A stretch of DNA of 64,000 nt from Diplonema japonicum. Lineage: Eukaryota; Protista; Euglenozoa: Diplonemea. The position numbers were made by a program, and so were the translations under genes. Below the pieces are notes generated by a model. That model did no database searches. It saw nothing but the letters and a program-made list of their open reading frames with translations, and had not been told where the DNA came from. Location of the stretch: the NCBI GenBank assembly GCA_964019335.1, contig OZ025750.1, positions 252,492 to 316,491 on the forward strand, written 5' to 3'. Positions 1 through 10,513 of this stretch are shown one piece after another (within the stretch, counting starts at the first letter, position 1; each line of letters starts with the position of its first letter).

Positions 1-1
1 T

Positions 2-595
2 ATACTAGTGCACAATTGCCTGAGGAAGGTGCTCTCGGCAACAGTGTGCAAGGCGGATATTGTTCTGCCTTTGGGGAATGGCCAGGAGGTAACTTCTTTG
101 CTGAACGAGCTTCTTGCGAAAGTGACACTTTGTGTGGAGCGAACGCATGGTGTGGTGATCTCCCTCCAGGGGAGCAGGGTGGCCCTTGGGTGGAACGCCT
201 CGCGACCCTGCCGTTCCCATGTGGAGAGCGCATTTGCCTTTTCAAGCATGCTTCGGCACTCTTACGGAGGTGACAGGAACCTTGTGCATCTAGGGTTGTC
301 AGACAGTTTAGTTTTCCATGGCTCTGTGGGCAGTGATAGCTTGTTTGTAGCTGTTGTGGGGAGCTGTCTTGGGGTGAGCGATGCCCTGTGCACGATGGGG
401 ATGCAGAGGGGGCTGTACTGCTTGTATGGGTCGTCGACTGAGTATTCTGAAGCCTCTGGAGTGTCTCTTGAGCTTCTGGAACACAACTTGGACAGTAACA
501 CCAATGTGTACATGGTGGCGACAGACGAAAGATGTGACAACACGAGATGGGCTAGTAGCCCCAGGAGAGCGAGGAGAAGCTTTGGCGACAACTGA
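2..595 (+). CDS. 3' end of an adenylyl cyclase-family gene (degenerate second cyclase domain), truncated by the window start
   Basis: Frame is open from base 2. KVTLCVERTHGVVISLQGSRVALGWNASRPC and HLGLS..HGSVG match the C-terminal domains of 7322-9484 and 39946-42078. Confidence 0.8.
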   Translation: MLVHNCLRKVLSATVCKADIVLPLGNGQEVTSLLNELLAKVTLCVERTHGVVISLQGSRVALGWNASRPCRSHVESAFAFSSMLRHSYGGDRNLVHLGLSDSLVFHGSVGSDSLFVAVVGSCLGVSDALCTMGMQRGLYCLYGSSTEYSEASGVSLELLEHNLDSNTNVYMVATDERCDNTRWASSPRRARRSFGDN

Positions 596-741
596 TGACA
601 GCCGCTTCCGCGGTTGCGCACGTCTATTTTTTTGTTTTAAATTCTTTTTTTTTGGAGGTGGGCAAGGTGGAGGAGGCGTCAAGGCAAGGATGGCTGCAGT
701 TTGTGCTGACGTGTCCAGAAACCAGGTTTCTTTTGTGCAAG

Positions 742-849
742 AACGAGTCTTGACTTGTCTAAACAAAAAGGGGAACGTTGGCAACGTGTTTCGGGTTGAC
801 ATACTTCTCCAGGTTTTACCCAGCACGTACAAACAACGGCCACCGTTCC
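742..849 (+). repeat. Dispersed ~105 bp repeat, family H
   Basis: Reverse-complement copy at 39550-39644 (ttggcaacgtgttt..ggg..cacgtacaaacaacggcc..cgttcc) and a short fragment at 44931-44958. Confidence 0.75.
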
Positions 850-959
850 TCTTTGGATCAATCTTTCTTTAGTCCTTCCGTTGTATAAAATCGTCTTTAC
901 CCCTTCATATTTATTTGGACTTTCTCAGCTCGTGCCCGATCTTACCCCAGAACTTAGGA

Positions 960-1901
960 ATGAACCAACCTGTGACCCTCTATGTCACCCTGCCTTCCGG
1001 AACTACTGTTTGTGTAGAAGCAGAGAGCACAGAGACAGTCGCGTCGCTGAAAGAGAAAGTCGCCTCAACCGCCGACATTAAAACAAGCATCTTCGATCTG
1101 GAGCTGGAGGGGGAGTGTTTAGACAACCGGAGTTTCATGAAGGAATACCCCTTCGAAGCACGAACCACCTTGCAAGCCACAGTGAACAAGCGGCACTCAG
1201 CTTTAATGAAGCTAGAAGACCTGGGCTTCGCGTCGATCCAAGACGTGGTACAAGAACTGGAGGAGACGAACGAACCCCTCGACGATGAACGGTACCGGGG
1301 TGCCATTCAATCACTGGCAGATGCCGACATGACGGAGGACCTTGCCTTGCTCAACACGGTACTGTGCATTGCTGCGACGGAAGGGCTGACAACATGCGCA
1401 GAGATGATTCTAAAACGCACCGATGTAGATGTAAACTCTTCTTACGGAAGAGTGAGAACACCCCTTCATCACGCTGCCGTATCTAACCATGCGGACATGA
1501 TAAGCTTGTTGTTGACGCACGGCGCGAAAGTTGACGTGCATTGTGCTAACAATGAGTACCCTCTGCATCTGACAAGCTCTTCGCATGCAGCCGCGATGCT
1601 GTTGAGTCACGGTGCCGATCCCAACGCCCTTGACTCCACAGGGAGCACGCCGCTCCATAATGCGGCTTTCAATGGCCACATTGGGGTGATGTCAGAGCTG
1701 CTCAGCCACGGAGCGCACCCCAATACGAAAGAGGGCATGCAGGGCCAAACGGCGCTTCACGCCGCTGCTTACGGCGAAGAAGAAGCCGTGTCTCTTTTGC
1801 TACAACACGGAGCCGACACCACCGTGAAGGACGATCAGGGCAGGACACCCTTGTGCATTGCTACGGTGACAGGAGGAGGCATCGCAGACTTTTTTAAGTA
1901 A
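960..1901 (+). CDS. Ubiquitin-like domain plus ankyrin-repeat protein
   Basis: N-terminal UBL pattern (LYVTLPSG...ETVASLKEKV...LELEGECLD) followed by ANK motifs TPLHHAA, PLHL, TPLHNAA, TALHAAA, GRTPL. First ATG at 960 follows a TAG acceptor-like site. Confidence 0.88.
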   Translation: MNQPVTLYVTLPSGTTVCVEAESTETVASLKEKVASTADIKTSIFDLELEGECLDNRSFMKEYPFEARTTLQATVNKRHSALMKLEDLGFASIQDVVQELEETNEPLDDERYRGAIQSLADADMTEDLALLNTVLCIAATEGLTTCAEMILKRTDVDVNSSYGRVRTPLHHAAVSNHADMISLLLTHGAKVDVHCANNEYPLHLTSSSHAAAMLLSHGADPNALDSTGSTPLHNAAFNGHIGVMSELLSHGAHPNTKEGMQGQTALHAAAYGEEEAVSLLLQHGADTTVKDDQGRTPLCIATVTGGGIADFFK

Positions 1902-1998
1902 AGAATCTTCGCCTTTTATTATACCATAGCCCACAAAAGGCGGTTGAGTATTATTTTATCTTTTCTTTTCCCGTTTGTTGATCATGCACAGAGCCAAC

Positions 1999-3075
1999 AT
2001 GTCGGTTTCGCTTCAGGTGGTGCTCCCATCGCAGGTGTGCTACATCGATGCTGGTGCTAATGAAACGATAAGAGATCTGAAGCTTCGGATTGCAAGCGAG
2101 ACAGGCTTGGACGAGGGCTTGTTCCGCGTGACGTTTGAAGGCGACGCACTTGACGAAAGCATGGTGGTTCAAGAGTGCCCCTTCGACGACCAATGTGAGG
2201 TACATGTTGCAATGACTGACAATGCCGATGCACGACAGAGGCTGAGGGAGCTCGGGTGGGAGGACAAGCAAGTGGGTCACATTGTGACAGAGCTCAAGAA
2301 GGCTCAGCTGCAGGAGGAGGAGGTGTACCTCGAGATCTTCACCGCCATGTGGAACGCGGGGCTCATCAGCCAGGAAGAAAACATAGGGCCGCTACTTCTA
2401 ATAGCCACACGAAGAGGCCTGCTGAACCTTGTAGAGGCAATACTGTCCAACGGAGCCGCTGATGTCAACTACAAGCGTATAGTGGGAAACTACAAGTGCA
2501 CTGCGTTGCACGAAGCTTTGTACCACGGGGAAGAGGCCGTCATGCTACTTTTAAAATATGGTGCCGACCCCTCGATCCTGGACAGTGATGGGTACTCATC
2601 ACTGCATCGTGCGATTAGCGGAGGGAAGCAAGCTCTCGTTCGTATGTTCCTCGAGGGCAACACTGACCCTAACAAGTGTGTGGGGGTTACTGGCATCACC
2701 ACGCTGCAGCTGTGCGTTCGCGACCTCCCTGAGTATGTGGCGATCGCAGCTGATCTACTTGACTATAAGGCCGACCCGAACCTCCGTGACTACAAGAAGA
2801 GAGAGACCGCTCTTCACGTAGCCTGTTCTCAACCCATGGCCTACCTCCCTATGGTGCAGTTGCTTGTTGGTGTCGCTGACGTCAACATGGCCGACCGTTA
2901 CGGCTGGACTCCCCTGCACCGTGCCGTGTGCGGCCATTACTACGACATCGTAGAGCTCCTCTTGAAAAATGGTGCCGATAAGACCCTATGCATCTCCGAC
3001 CAGGGGGTGTACGACGGGTTCACACCAGCGATGCTTGCAACCGGACCTCATTTCGCAACGCTGTTGTCGGATTAA
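1999..3075 (+). CDS. Ubiquitin-like domain plus ankyrin-repeat protein (tandem paralog)
   Basis: UBL (ETIRDLKLRIASETG..VTFEGDALD..ECPF) followed by ANK motifs TALHEA, SSLHRA, TALHVAC, GWTPLHRA. Same layout as the upstream gene. Confidence 0.88.
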   Translation: MSVSLQVVLPSQVCYIDAGANETIRDLKLRIASETGLDEGLFRVTFEGDALDESMVVQECPFDDQCEVHVAMTDNADARQRLRELGWEDKQVGHIVTELKKAQLQEEEVYLEIFTAMWNAGLISQEENIGPLLLIATRRGLLNLVEAILSNGAADVNYKRIVGNYKCTALHEALYHGEEAVMLLLKYGADPSILDSDGYSSLHRAISGGKQALVRMFLEGNTDPNKCVGVTGITTLQLCVRDLPEYVAIAADLLDYKADPNLRDYKKRETALHVACSQPMAYLPMVQLLVGVADVNMADRYGWTPLHRAVCGHYYDIVELLLKNGADKTLCISDQGVYDGFTPAMLATGPHFATLLSD

Positions 3076-3460
3076 AGAAAGAAAAGAGTAAAATAATAAA
3101 AGGAATAGAAAATAAAACGCTTTGGAACTCGAGTTGGATACAGCCGAGTTGCAGCTGATGATGGCGGAGATTACTGGTAGCTTGCAACTCACCTTCGCAC
3201 GGAAAAAGACCATGACTTCAGCGTTCACCTGTGGAAGAACCGGTACTCGCTTCCCCGGCAACATCCTTGAGACACAGTTGTACAACTATTGTGTCCTTTC
3301 CAACTCGATTGAGGGTTTTACACTTAAGGTACCGAGGAAGCCACACCAGAAAGGCGTAACCCCTTAAATGTCTCTTTTTTTTTCAAATATATTTTTCTTC
3401 TTTTTTTTTGCATTTCTTTTAAAGGTTTTCATACAAAAGGAACCGTGTGGGGAGGGTGGG

Positions 3461-4795
3461 ATGATCTTCAAAGAATGGGGCCGCAGACTCATGTCCCCTC
3501 TAAGCAAACAACCGGACATAAGAACGGACGGCGGTGCCGAAGTTGAAGGCGAAGAGGACGAAGACAACATAACAGTAGGCGAACCCGAAGAAGTCGCCGA
3601 AGGCGTCGTTGTACGGCTAGAGGACACCGCAGGGATCGCAGACATCACAAGCATCGTGGAGAAGAAGCTCGACGCGTCTATGCTAGTGGGAGAGCCCATT
3701 GTCCTCGAAGAGTCTGTCAGAGTTACAATGGACGTCGATGAACCATCAGAACTAGGTCTGAAGGGACTTCCCATCGAACTTCACAATGCATTGGTAACAT
3801 CGGGGTTCAGACGCGAGCAGGTGGAACCTTCCTTGGAAAGAATGTACGGGAAGTACATGGAAAAACATTTAGAAACATCCGTGTCAAATGCATCGTTCTC
3901 AGCTTGTAAGCAGAATGCCATTGTAGAATCATACCGCCGCGTGTCATTGGACGAAATGGTTGCGAAGGGAAACCCGAGAAAGATTCATTCAAATATATGC
4001 AAAATCGACGCTGGTTCGCAGGGCGAGGTGTTCAAGGCAACAGATGTATCAGGTGCCGCGGTTGCCTTGAAGAAGATAACGATCAAGTCGGAATCCGACC
4101 TCCCGGTTCTTGAGAATGAGATCTCGCTTCTACACACGTGCAAACACCCGAATATCGTGGAGTACAAAGCTTGTTACAAAGAAGGGCAGAACATATGGAT
4201 TTCGATGGAGCTGATGGACGGAGGCAAGCTGACAAACATTATACAAACGGGAAAGCGGCTCACTGAGCCCCAAGTGGCTTTCATCATGCGAGAGATTTTA
4301 AAAGGTGTTCGTTATCTTCACAAGGGCGGGGTTTTGCACCGTGACATCAAGTCCGATAATGTCCTGTTAAGCTCGAACGGCTCCATTAAATTAACCGATT
4401 TCGGGTTCAGCACTTTGGTATCAACTGGTAACGCAGCGAAACGCAGGACGTTGGTCGGGACTCCGTTCTGGATGGCACCTGAAGTGGTGGACAGCAAGCC
4501 ATATGACTATGCAGCTGATATATGGTCTTTAGGAATTTTAGGATTTGAGCTTTGTGATGGGCAGCCGCCTTACATAGACATGCACCCCATGAGGGCTATG
4601 AAGCTGACGTCCAAGCGTGACGCCCCGAAGTTAAAATCTCGCACAGAATGGTCGTTTGAGTGCATTACCTTCATGGAGAGCATGTTATCTAAGCAGCCCG
4701 CATCGCGTCCCACTGCGAAAGAGCTTCTGCAGCACCCGTTTTTGGTCAGGGCGGAAGGTACAGACGCTGGGTTTCTTAAAGAGCTTCTTGGTTGA
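3461..4795 (+). CDS. PAK/STE20-family Ser/Thr protein kinase with a degenerate CRIB-like region
   Basis: VALKK, HRDIKSDN, DFG and the STE20 signature GTPFWMAPE. The upstream in-frame ATG at 3368 lies in a poly-T tract, so 3461 is preferred. Confidence 0.92.
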   Translation: MIFKEWGRRLMSPLSKQPDIRTDGGAEVEGEEDEDNITVGEPEEVAEGVVVRLEDTAGIADITSIVEKKLDASMLVGEPIVLEESVRVTMDVDEPSELGLKGLPIELHNALVTSGFRREQVEPSLERMYGKYMEKHLETSVSNASFSACKQNAIVESYRRVSLDEMVAKGNPRKIHSNICKIDAGSQGEVFKATDVSGAAVALKKITIKSESDLPVLENEISLLHTCKHPNIVEYKACYKEGQNIWISMELMDGGKLTNIIQTGKRLTEPQVAFIMREILKGVRYLHKGGVLHRDIKSDNVLLSSNGSIKLTDFGFSTLVSTGNAAKRRTLVGTPFWMAPEVVDSKPYDYAADIWSLGILGFELCDGQPPYIDMHPMRAMKLTSKRDAPKLKSRTEWSFECITFMESMLSKQPASRPTAKELLQHPFLVRAEGTDAGFLKELLG

Positions 4796-5089
4796 AATAA
4801 AATACAAAATTCTTTTTTTTTTTTTTTTGTCTAGACGTGTGTTTTTTTTTTTTTTTTTTTTTTCCTATTTTTTTTTTTTGTTATGGTATGCTATGGTTTC
4901 AATAAAAAAATAGCTATTTTTTTTTTTTTCTTTTGCCAACAACAAAAAAAAAAAAGAAATAAAATGAGTCATTTATTTAACTCGAGTTCCCCCGAATTCT
5001 TTTTTTTTTTTTTTTTTGCACGAGGGGGGCAAAAAGTAAGGGGGTAACGAGGTGGTTAAATAACGGCTCATTTGGCGGCAAGTAAGTCG

Positions 5090-5279
5090 TTTATTTCACA
5101 CTCTTCGCCATTTGTCTTCACTGCTTTCACTGCTGTTTTCTTTTTTCACACAGGTCAGCTTTTTAGGGATTCTCCTAAGGTACGACGTCGCATTTTAAGG
5201 GGAAGTAAAGCACTTATTTCCCACTTTTAAGGGGCCCGGAATGGCCTCAGGTGAAGAAAATGACGAAGAGTGAAATAAA
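5090..5279. mobile_element. MITE-like inverted-repeat element (~190 bp)
   Basis: tttatttcacactcttcgccatttgtcttcac (5090-5121) is an imperfect reverse complement of gtgaagaaaatgacgaagagtgaaataaa (5251-5279). Confidence 0.55.
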
Positions 5280-7321
5280 GAAGAAAAATGGGGATAGAAA
5301 GAGGGGAAAAAAAAAGATTGATTTCTTGTTTTTTTTTTTTTTATTTTCACTTCCTTCTGAAAAATTGCGTTCACGCTTCGCGAGTAAAGCAGAAAGGTAC
5401 GGGAAAGAAAAGCCTGCCCCCCCCAGAAAAAAAAGAAAAAAACTACCTTACCCTACCGCCAAGGAATGAACTGTTGTCCTCCGCCCTCTCCGTTTTGTTT
5501 TTACCTTCGAGGGTAGTAACGGTAGAAGTCATTTACTTGTGGTCTCCGTAACAGGAACAAGACGGTGGAAAAAAAGAAAAAACGAATTGTAAGAAGAAAT
5601 ACGTCCCCCCCCCCCCCCCCCCCCCCCCGACGTTTGTAAGTTCCCCTTCCCCTTAACCATCTTCCTTGTGTTCTTTTAAGAGTTTCGAGGGTTTTTGATG
5701 GGTGGGGAACAGCATTTCTTTTTCTTTTTTTTTTCTTCTGTGGTTAAATCGAGAAAGAAAAAAAGAGAAAAAGAAAAAAAAAAAGAGTGGTTTTGACACA
5801 AAAGCGTTATGAGCTTACAAAAGAAAGAAGATGAAGTTTAAAAAAAAAGAGAAAAAAAAGAAAAGTTTGGGATGGCCGAGAATTTGTGTGAGGTGCCACA
5901 TAATGAAAGACAGTTTTCTTGTGGTCTTTCAGTCTTTCCGGGCAAGCTGCATCACGCGAGAAGTCTCGGTCACGCCATTTTTTTCTTTTTTTTTTTTTTT
6001 TAAAACAGTAATTCACTTTTGTAGCCGTTTTTTTTTTTTTGTTCTGTTTTTCTTTACCCCCCCCCAATTTTTTCTGACGTTAGGAAAAAGCAAAAAAGGG
6101 CGCTTTGCAGATGTACCATGGGCGCCACAAGCGCATCCAGGGCTCCAACCACACTGATGGCTAGAGCCTCTGAGACTGAAAGTTTGTTCCTTTTTTTTTT
6201 TTTTTCTTCTTGAGTGGAGGAGTGGCATTGTGTGCGGTGGCAGACTATCGTAAGCCTAGGAGAATTTAGAAAAAGAAAAAAAAAAAAAAAAAAAAAGAAA
6301 GAACTCGGAAAAGAATAGGGGAGGAGGGGGGGGGTTTTTTTTTTCCCCTTGTGTTTTTCTTTTTTGTTTCTCTTTTTTGATTTTTTTTTTTTTGGTTTCC
6401 CCTACGTGTGACGTTTCCTATCCCTTTCCCCTCGCGCTAATCACCCCCTTCCTTTTGCTTTGCTTGGTATTTATACTTGGCAGCTTTTTGGTTTTTATTA
6501 TTTTCAGTTTCTTTTTTTTTTTTTTTTGTTCCCCTTATTTCTTTTGCCTACTCCCCCTCTTCTGACCCCTTTAGCCTTCTATGCGAGAGGAGCACGAAAG
6601 AGAAGAAAGAAAAAAATAAGATTTTAAAAAAAAAGGGAGGAAAAGGGATTGCAAGCCCCCTTTTCTTTTTTTAGAATTTTTCTTTTTTACTGCCACATAC
6701 AACTCTTTTTTTTTCTTTTTCTTTTGTTCTCTCTCAGTGTAAAAAGAAAGGAGGGGGGAGGAGGGGGCCAACATTTCTTTCCTCCACGGGGAGAGAGGCA
6801 ATCGGGTTTTCGATCTCATTTTTTTTTGTCCTTTTTTTTTTCTTTATCTCTTCCTTTAGGCGTCTTTCTTTGTTTTAAGTACCCCTTTTCAAAAGAAAAA
6901 CTCGTGGTGGGCCGTTGCTACTTTTTTCTTTTTTTAAATACCCCTTTTCAAAGATAAAGGTTTATTAAGAGCACTGTGGTCGTGTCAGAAGAACCTATTC
7001 GTGGTTGGCGTACTGCCTCCCTTCATATTGAGTCGTTCGTTGATAGAGCGAAAAAAGAAAAAAAAGAAAGTTTTAAAAAAAAGGGTTTTTTTTTTTTCTT
7101 TTTTTATCTATTTGAAAGATGCAAAAGAAAAAGAGAATGGTAAAAAATGAACATGCAAAAAAAAAAAAAAAAAAATGAAAAATGAAAATAAAAATAAAAA
7201 TAAAACATCCAATTCACTCCAGACCCCCTCCCAATTCTTTCATATTCTTTCCCCCCCACCATTGAACAGGTAACAAGCAAATCATCACAGTTTCTTCTTC
7301 TTTTTTTTTTTTTTTTTATGC

Positions 7322-9484
7322 ATGATTGTCAAGTATATCATCCTCCCCAATGACGGTCCTGAGGTCGTCTTTCGCAAGAAGGTGATTCTGTTCACGAGCA
7401 TAGCCGCCAGCGTGATCTATACGCTGAGCTTCATCAACAATGCATCGGACACCGGCAAGCTGTCCGCCTACATGTCTCTACCCGGTTTGATAACCGGCAT
7501 ATTATCCTTCACCCAGCTCACTTACGAAAGAGAGCTAAGGGAACATGTACTTGAAGCGTCAATGTACGGTTATGTGGCATCTACACTGCTGATAGATTAC
7601 AACAGCTTCGTGGTCGGGCAAGTATTGCTATGGTCGGGTATTATAATTTTAATCGACATTTGTATAGTGTGCCGGCTTCCTGACAGAGTGGCGAGAAACA
7701 TGATGGCATGTCTGTTCATGTGGTTGCTTTCTCTTGCTGTGGAAAGTTCTGTTCGTGTGGGGTTGTTCGATTTTTCGTTTCTACCTTCGCAGGATGAGCG
7801 GGCTGCTGTGTATGATTGCGAGAATCTGCCGTGTGCCAAGAAGATGTCCACCTCGTTACTCGTCTTTGCAGCGCAGACTACGACCTTTCTCCTCGACTAC
7901 TTCTTCACGAGGAGCTTTGCCGACCGTTTGTTCAGCCAGCGCAAGAGTATGAACGAGGTCATCACCGCTGCGGAGCGTATCGCCGACGCCCTCTCCCGCT
8001 TCAATCTACCCGAAGCCGAGAAATGCATTAAAACCACGCCCCTCCCCTCCCCCTTATATGACGCATTTCGAAAGGTCATCAGCAATTTACGCATTTACCG
8101 TCCCTACCTCCCGGAGGCGCTTTTTCAAGAGGTTCATAATGTTGTTCATTTCCGGGATGCACCTCCTCCTGGTGTCACTGCTGAGGATCCCACCGCCACC
8201 ATCGTCTTCACCGACATACAAGGATCGACAGCGACATGGGAGGCCTGCCCTGAAGGGATGAAGGAGGGGCTCATCGTGCACAATAACGTGATGCGGGAGT
8301 GCTTCTCGCTGTGGAACGGGTACGAGGTGAAGACGATCGGGGACGCCTTCATGCTCGCCTTCATGCACGCTGCAGAGGCAGTGTCCTTCTCGCTCGCCGT
8401 TCAAGAAAAGCTTGTCCACGGAATCTGGCCAGAAGAGCTCCTCCAGCTGGACCACTGTTCCTACAACGACGACGGCCCTTGGTGCGGGCTCCGTGTTCGG
8501 ATCGGTGTCCACTGTGGTGAGGTGGATGCACAGCTGAACTCTTTAACCTCTCGGTACGACTACTTCGGGAACACTGTGAACAAAGCGGCTCGGATAGAAG
8601 GGGCGTGCATCGGTGGAGCGGTTGCAATCTCAGAAGAAGTAATGGACAAGATAGGCCGCGACCTGGGCACCACGGTGATCATACAAATGGAAGTCACACA
8701 GTTGAAGGGCGTCGCGGGAACATGCAAGCCGCTGCTGCTACTACCGAAAAGCTTGGCGAATCGAAAGCCGTATGTAGAAGCACAACTCTTACTAGCACGC
8801 CAAGATAGAAAACTAAGCGTAGGAGCCGGCCCCGTGAGGAACAGCGTCAACAAGCTGTCTGTCGTGAAATCCGCGACAGTGTGCAAGGTTGACATAGTAC
8901 TGACAACCAACATGGGCGATGAGGAGGTGGGGCGGACTCTAAATGACATGATGTCATGTGTTATGCTGTACAGCGAAAGGACACACGGGGTGATCGTGTC
9001 ACTCCAGGGGAGCAGGGTGGCTGTAGGGTGGAACACCTCACGGCCTTGTGTCACAAATACAGAAAGTAGTTTCGCGTTCGTCAGCATGCTGGGGTCCGCA
9101 TCTGAAAGCCGAAATTTCAGCCCGCACATAGGCTTGTCGTCTAGTAAAGTTCTTTATGGGACTGTGGGTGACACTCAGTGTTTTATTGCTGTGCTAGGGG
9201 CCTGCCTTGAGGTGAGCGGGGTGCTTTGTACAGTGGCGAAGCAAAGGCAGTGTATGTGCTTTGTTGGGCTGACTTCGATGATTCCTCCGATGTCTGGGTT
9301 GAATTTCTTCCCTTTGGGTGATGTTGTGGTCGATGAGCATGAGGAGTATAAGGTTTATAGAATTGAGGTACAGCAGACCACCTCAAGCAGGCCCTCGCGG
9401 CTCTCCATCTGTAGTTTCACCGAGGATTTTTCACGTTCTCCCACGTCGAAGGAGGAGAAAACAAATATTTCGCGTTTTTCTTGA
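7322..9484 (+). CDS. Multi-TM class III adenylyl cyclase with a C-terminal degenerate cyclase domain
   Basis: About 5-6 hydrophobic helices, then RPYLPEAL, IVFTDIQGST, YEVKTIGDAFM, GLRVRIGVH and DYFGNTVNKAARIE (complete ATP-type catalytic set). A second cyclase-like region lacks these residues. Confidence 0.92.
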   Translation: MIVKYIILPNDGPEVVFRKKVILFTSIAASVIYTLSFINNASDTGKLSAYMSLPGLITGILSFTQLTYERELREHVLEASMYGYVASTLLIDYNSFVVGQVLLWSGIIILIDICIVCRLPDRVARNMMACLFMWLLSLAVESSVRVGLFDFSFLPSQDERAAVYDCENLPCAKKMSTSLLVFAAQTTTFLLDYFFTRSFADRLFSQRKSMNEVITAAERIADALSRFNLPEAEKCIKTTPLPSPLYDAFRKVISNLRIYRPYLPEALFQEVHNVVHFRDAPPPGVTAEDPTATIVFTDIQGSTATWEACPEGMKEGLIVHNNVMRECFSLWNGYEVKTIGDAFMLAFMHAAEAVSFSLAVQEKLVHGIWPEELLQLDHCSYNDDGPWCGLRVRIGVHCGEVDAQLNSLTSRYDYFGNTVNKAARIEGACIGGAVAISEEVMDKIGRDLGTTVIIQMEVTQLKGVAGTCKPLLLLPKSLANRKPYVEAQLLLARQDRKLSVGAGPVRNSVNKLSVVKSATVCKVDIVLTTNMGDEEVGRTLNDMMSCVMLYSERTHGVIVSLQGSRVAVGWNTSRPCVTNTESSFAFVSMLGSASESRNFSPHIGLSSSKVLYGTVGDTQCFIAVLGACLEVSGVLCTVAKQRQCMCFVGLTSMIPPMSGLNFFPLGDVVVDEHEEYKVYRIEVQQTTSSRPSRLSICSFTEDFSRSPTSKEEKTNISRFS

Positions 9485-9496
9485 AAAAAAAAAAAA

Positions 9497-9528
<32 letters not shown>

Positions 9529-9790
9529 GGTCGGGAAAGGTACTCTCCAACCTGGAGGATGCCTCTGCTGAGAGATACCTAGTATTGATCATACCCCCTT
9601 CCCTTTTTAGGGCATGCGGCTTTCGTCTTAGGGGCTTGCATGTTAATTTGAATTTTTTTTCTTTTTCCTGCAGGTGTTTTTTTAGAGGGGAGGCAGCTTT
9701 GTCCGTTTTTATTCCCTACTCTAGGTGAAAACGGCTTGCATAAACAATCAGCCGACTCTCTTTTTATTTTTTTATTTTTTTTTATTCTTG

Positions 9791-9906
9791 ACAATATTAT
9801 TGTCGAGACTAAAACTTAAGTTGATGGCAGCGTAATGAGCTATTTTTTTTTATTATTTAGATAAGATTCCGCTCGTGTGCACAAACAAATGAAAGCGCCA
9901 AACTAG
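9791..9906 (+). repeat. Dispersed repeat family B (ends CTAG then poly-T)
   Basis: tcgagactaaaa..gttgatggcagcgtaatgagctatttt..cgctcgtg..gcgcca(a/g)actag is also found at 38631-38797. Confidence 0.8.
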
Positions 9907-9930
9907 TTTTTTTTTTTTTTTTTTTTTTTT

Positions 9931-10068
9931 TGTTACAAATATTTATCTTTCAAAAAAATGATTTTATAACTATATGCAACTTGTGCCGAGCAAAAAACTT
10001 TCGCAGCTTTTTAAAAACCTTTTTTGCTCGTGCGAACAACAAAGACATATAGTCATAAAGAATAATTT
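9931..10068 (+). repeat. Dispersed repeat family C (~135 bp, internal cgagcaaa/tttgctcg stem)
   Basis: Near full-length copy at 63586-63720 and a 3' fragment at 43059-43092. Confidence 0.8.
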
Positions 10069-10329
10069 TATTTTTTTTTTGAGAGCGCATAATTTTAATA
10101 TTATAAAAGGTTTTTGAAAAAAAAAGGGAAAAAAAAAGAAGAAAAAGAAAAAAAGAAAGACTACCGCCTTTCATATCGTACCTAGTTTTTTTTTTTTTTT
10201 TGTTTTTTTTTTTTGTTGTTGTCATAATGGGAAAAGACGAAGGGGGGCGAGGAGGGGATAGCAGATCTGATCTTGCGATAGTTTCCCCTCCCTCCCCTCC
10301 ACCTTTTCTTTCGTTTTTTTTTTTTTTTG

Positions 10330-10513
10330 ATGAGGGGGTTTGTCCTGCACTTTGAGTTTTTTTTTAGAAACCCAAGGCAGGCTAAAAGATCTGAAGACCA
10401 GTCTGAAGAGGGCCGTATCAACTGTCTTCGAAAGACGCTGGTATCCGCCATCAGAACGGAAGCGAAAGGCAGGCTCCAAAGGGAGCATCAGAAGATAGAC
10501 CCCTCCCCTAAGG
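10330..10513 (+). mobile_element. Degenerate fragments of family A element (3' end)
   Basis: Contains the gagggggtttgtcctgcactttgagt tail motif and RINCLRKTLVSAIRT, which resembles RITRLRKTLKASIGT of 22888-23385. Confidence 0.6.

Noticed and set aside
4800-7320. Many short Phe/Lys-rich ORFs in intergenic DNA (also 9500-11000, 29300-30800, 35300-39900)
   Set aside because: Translations of poly-T and poly-A tracts.
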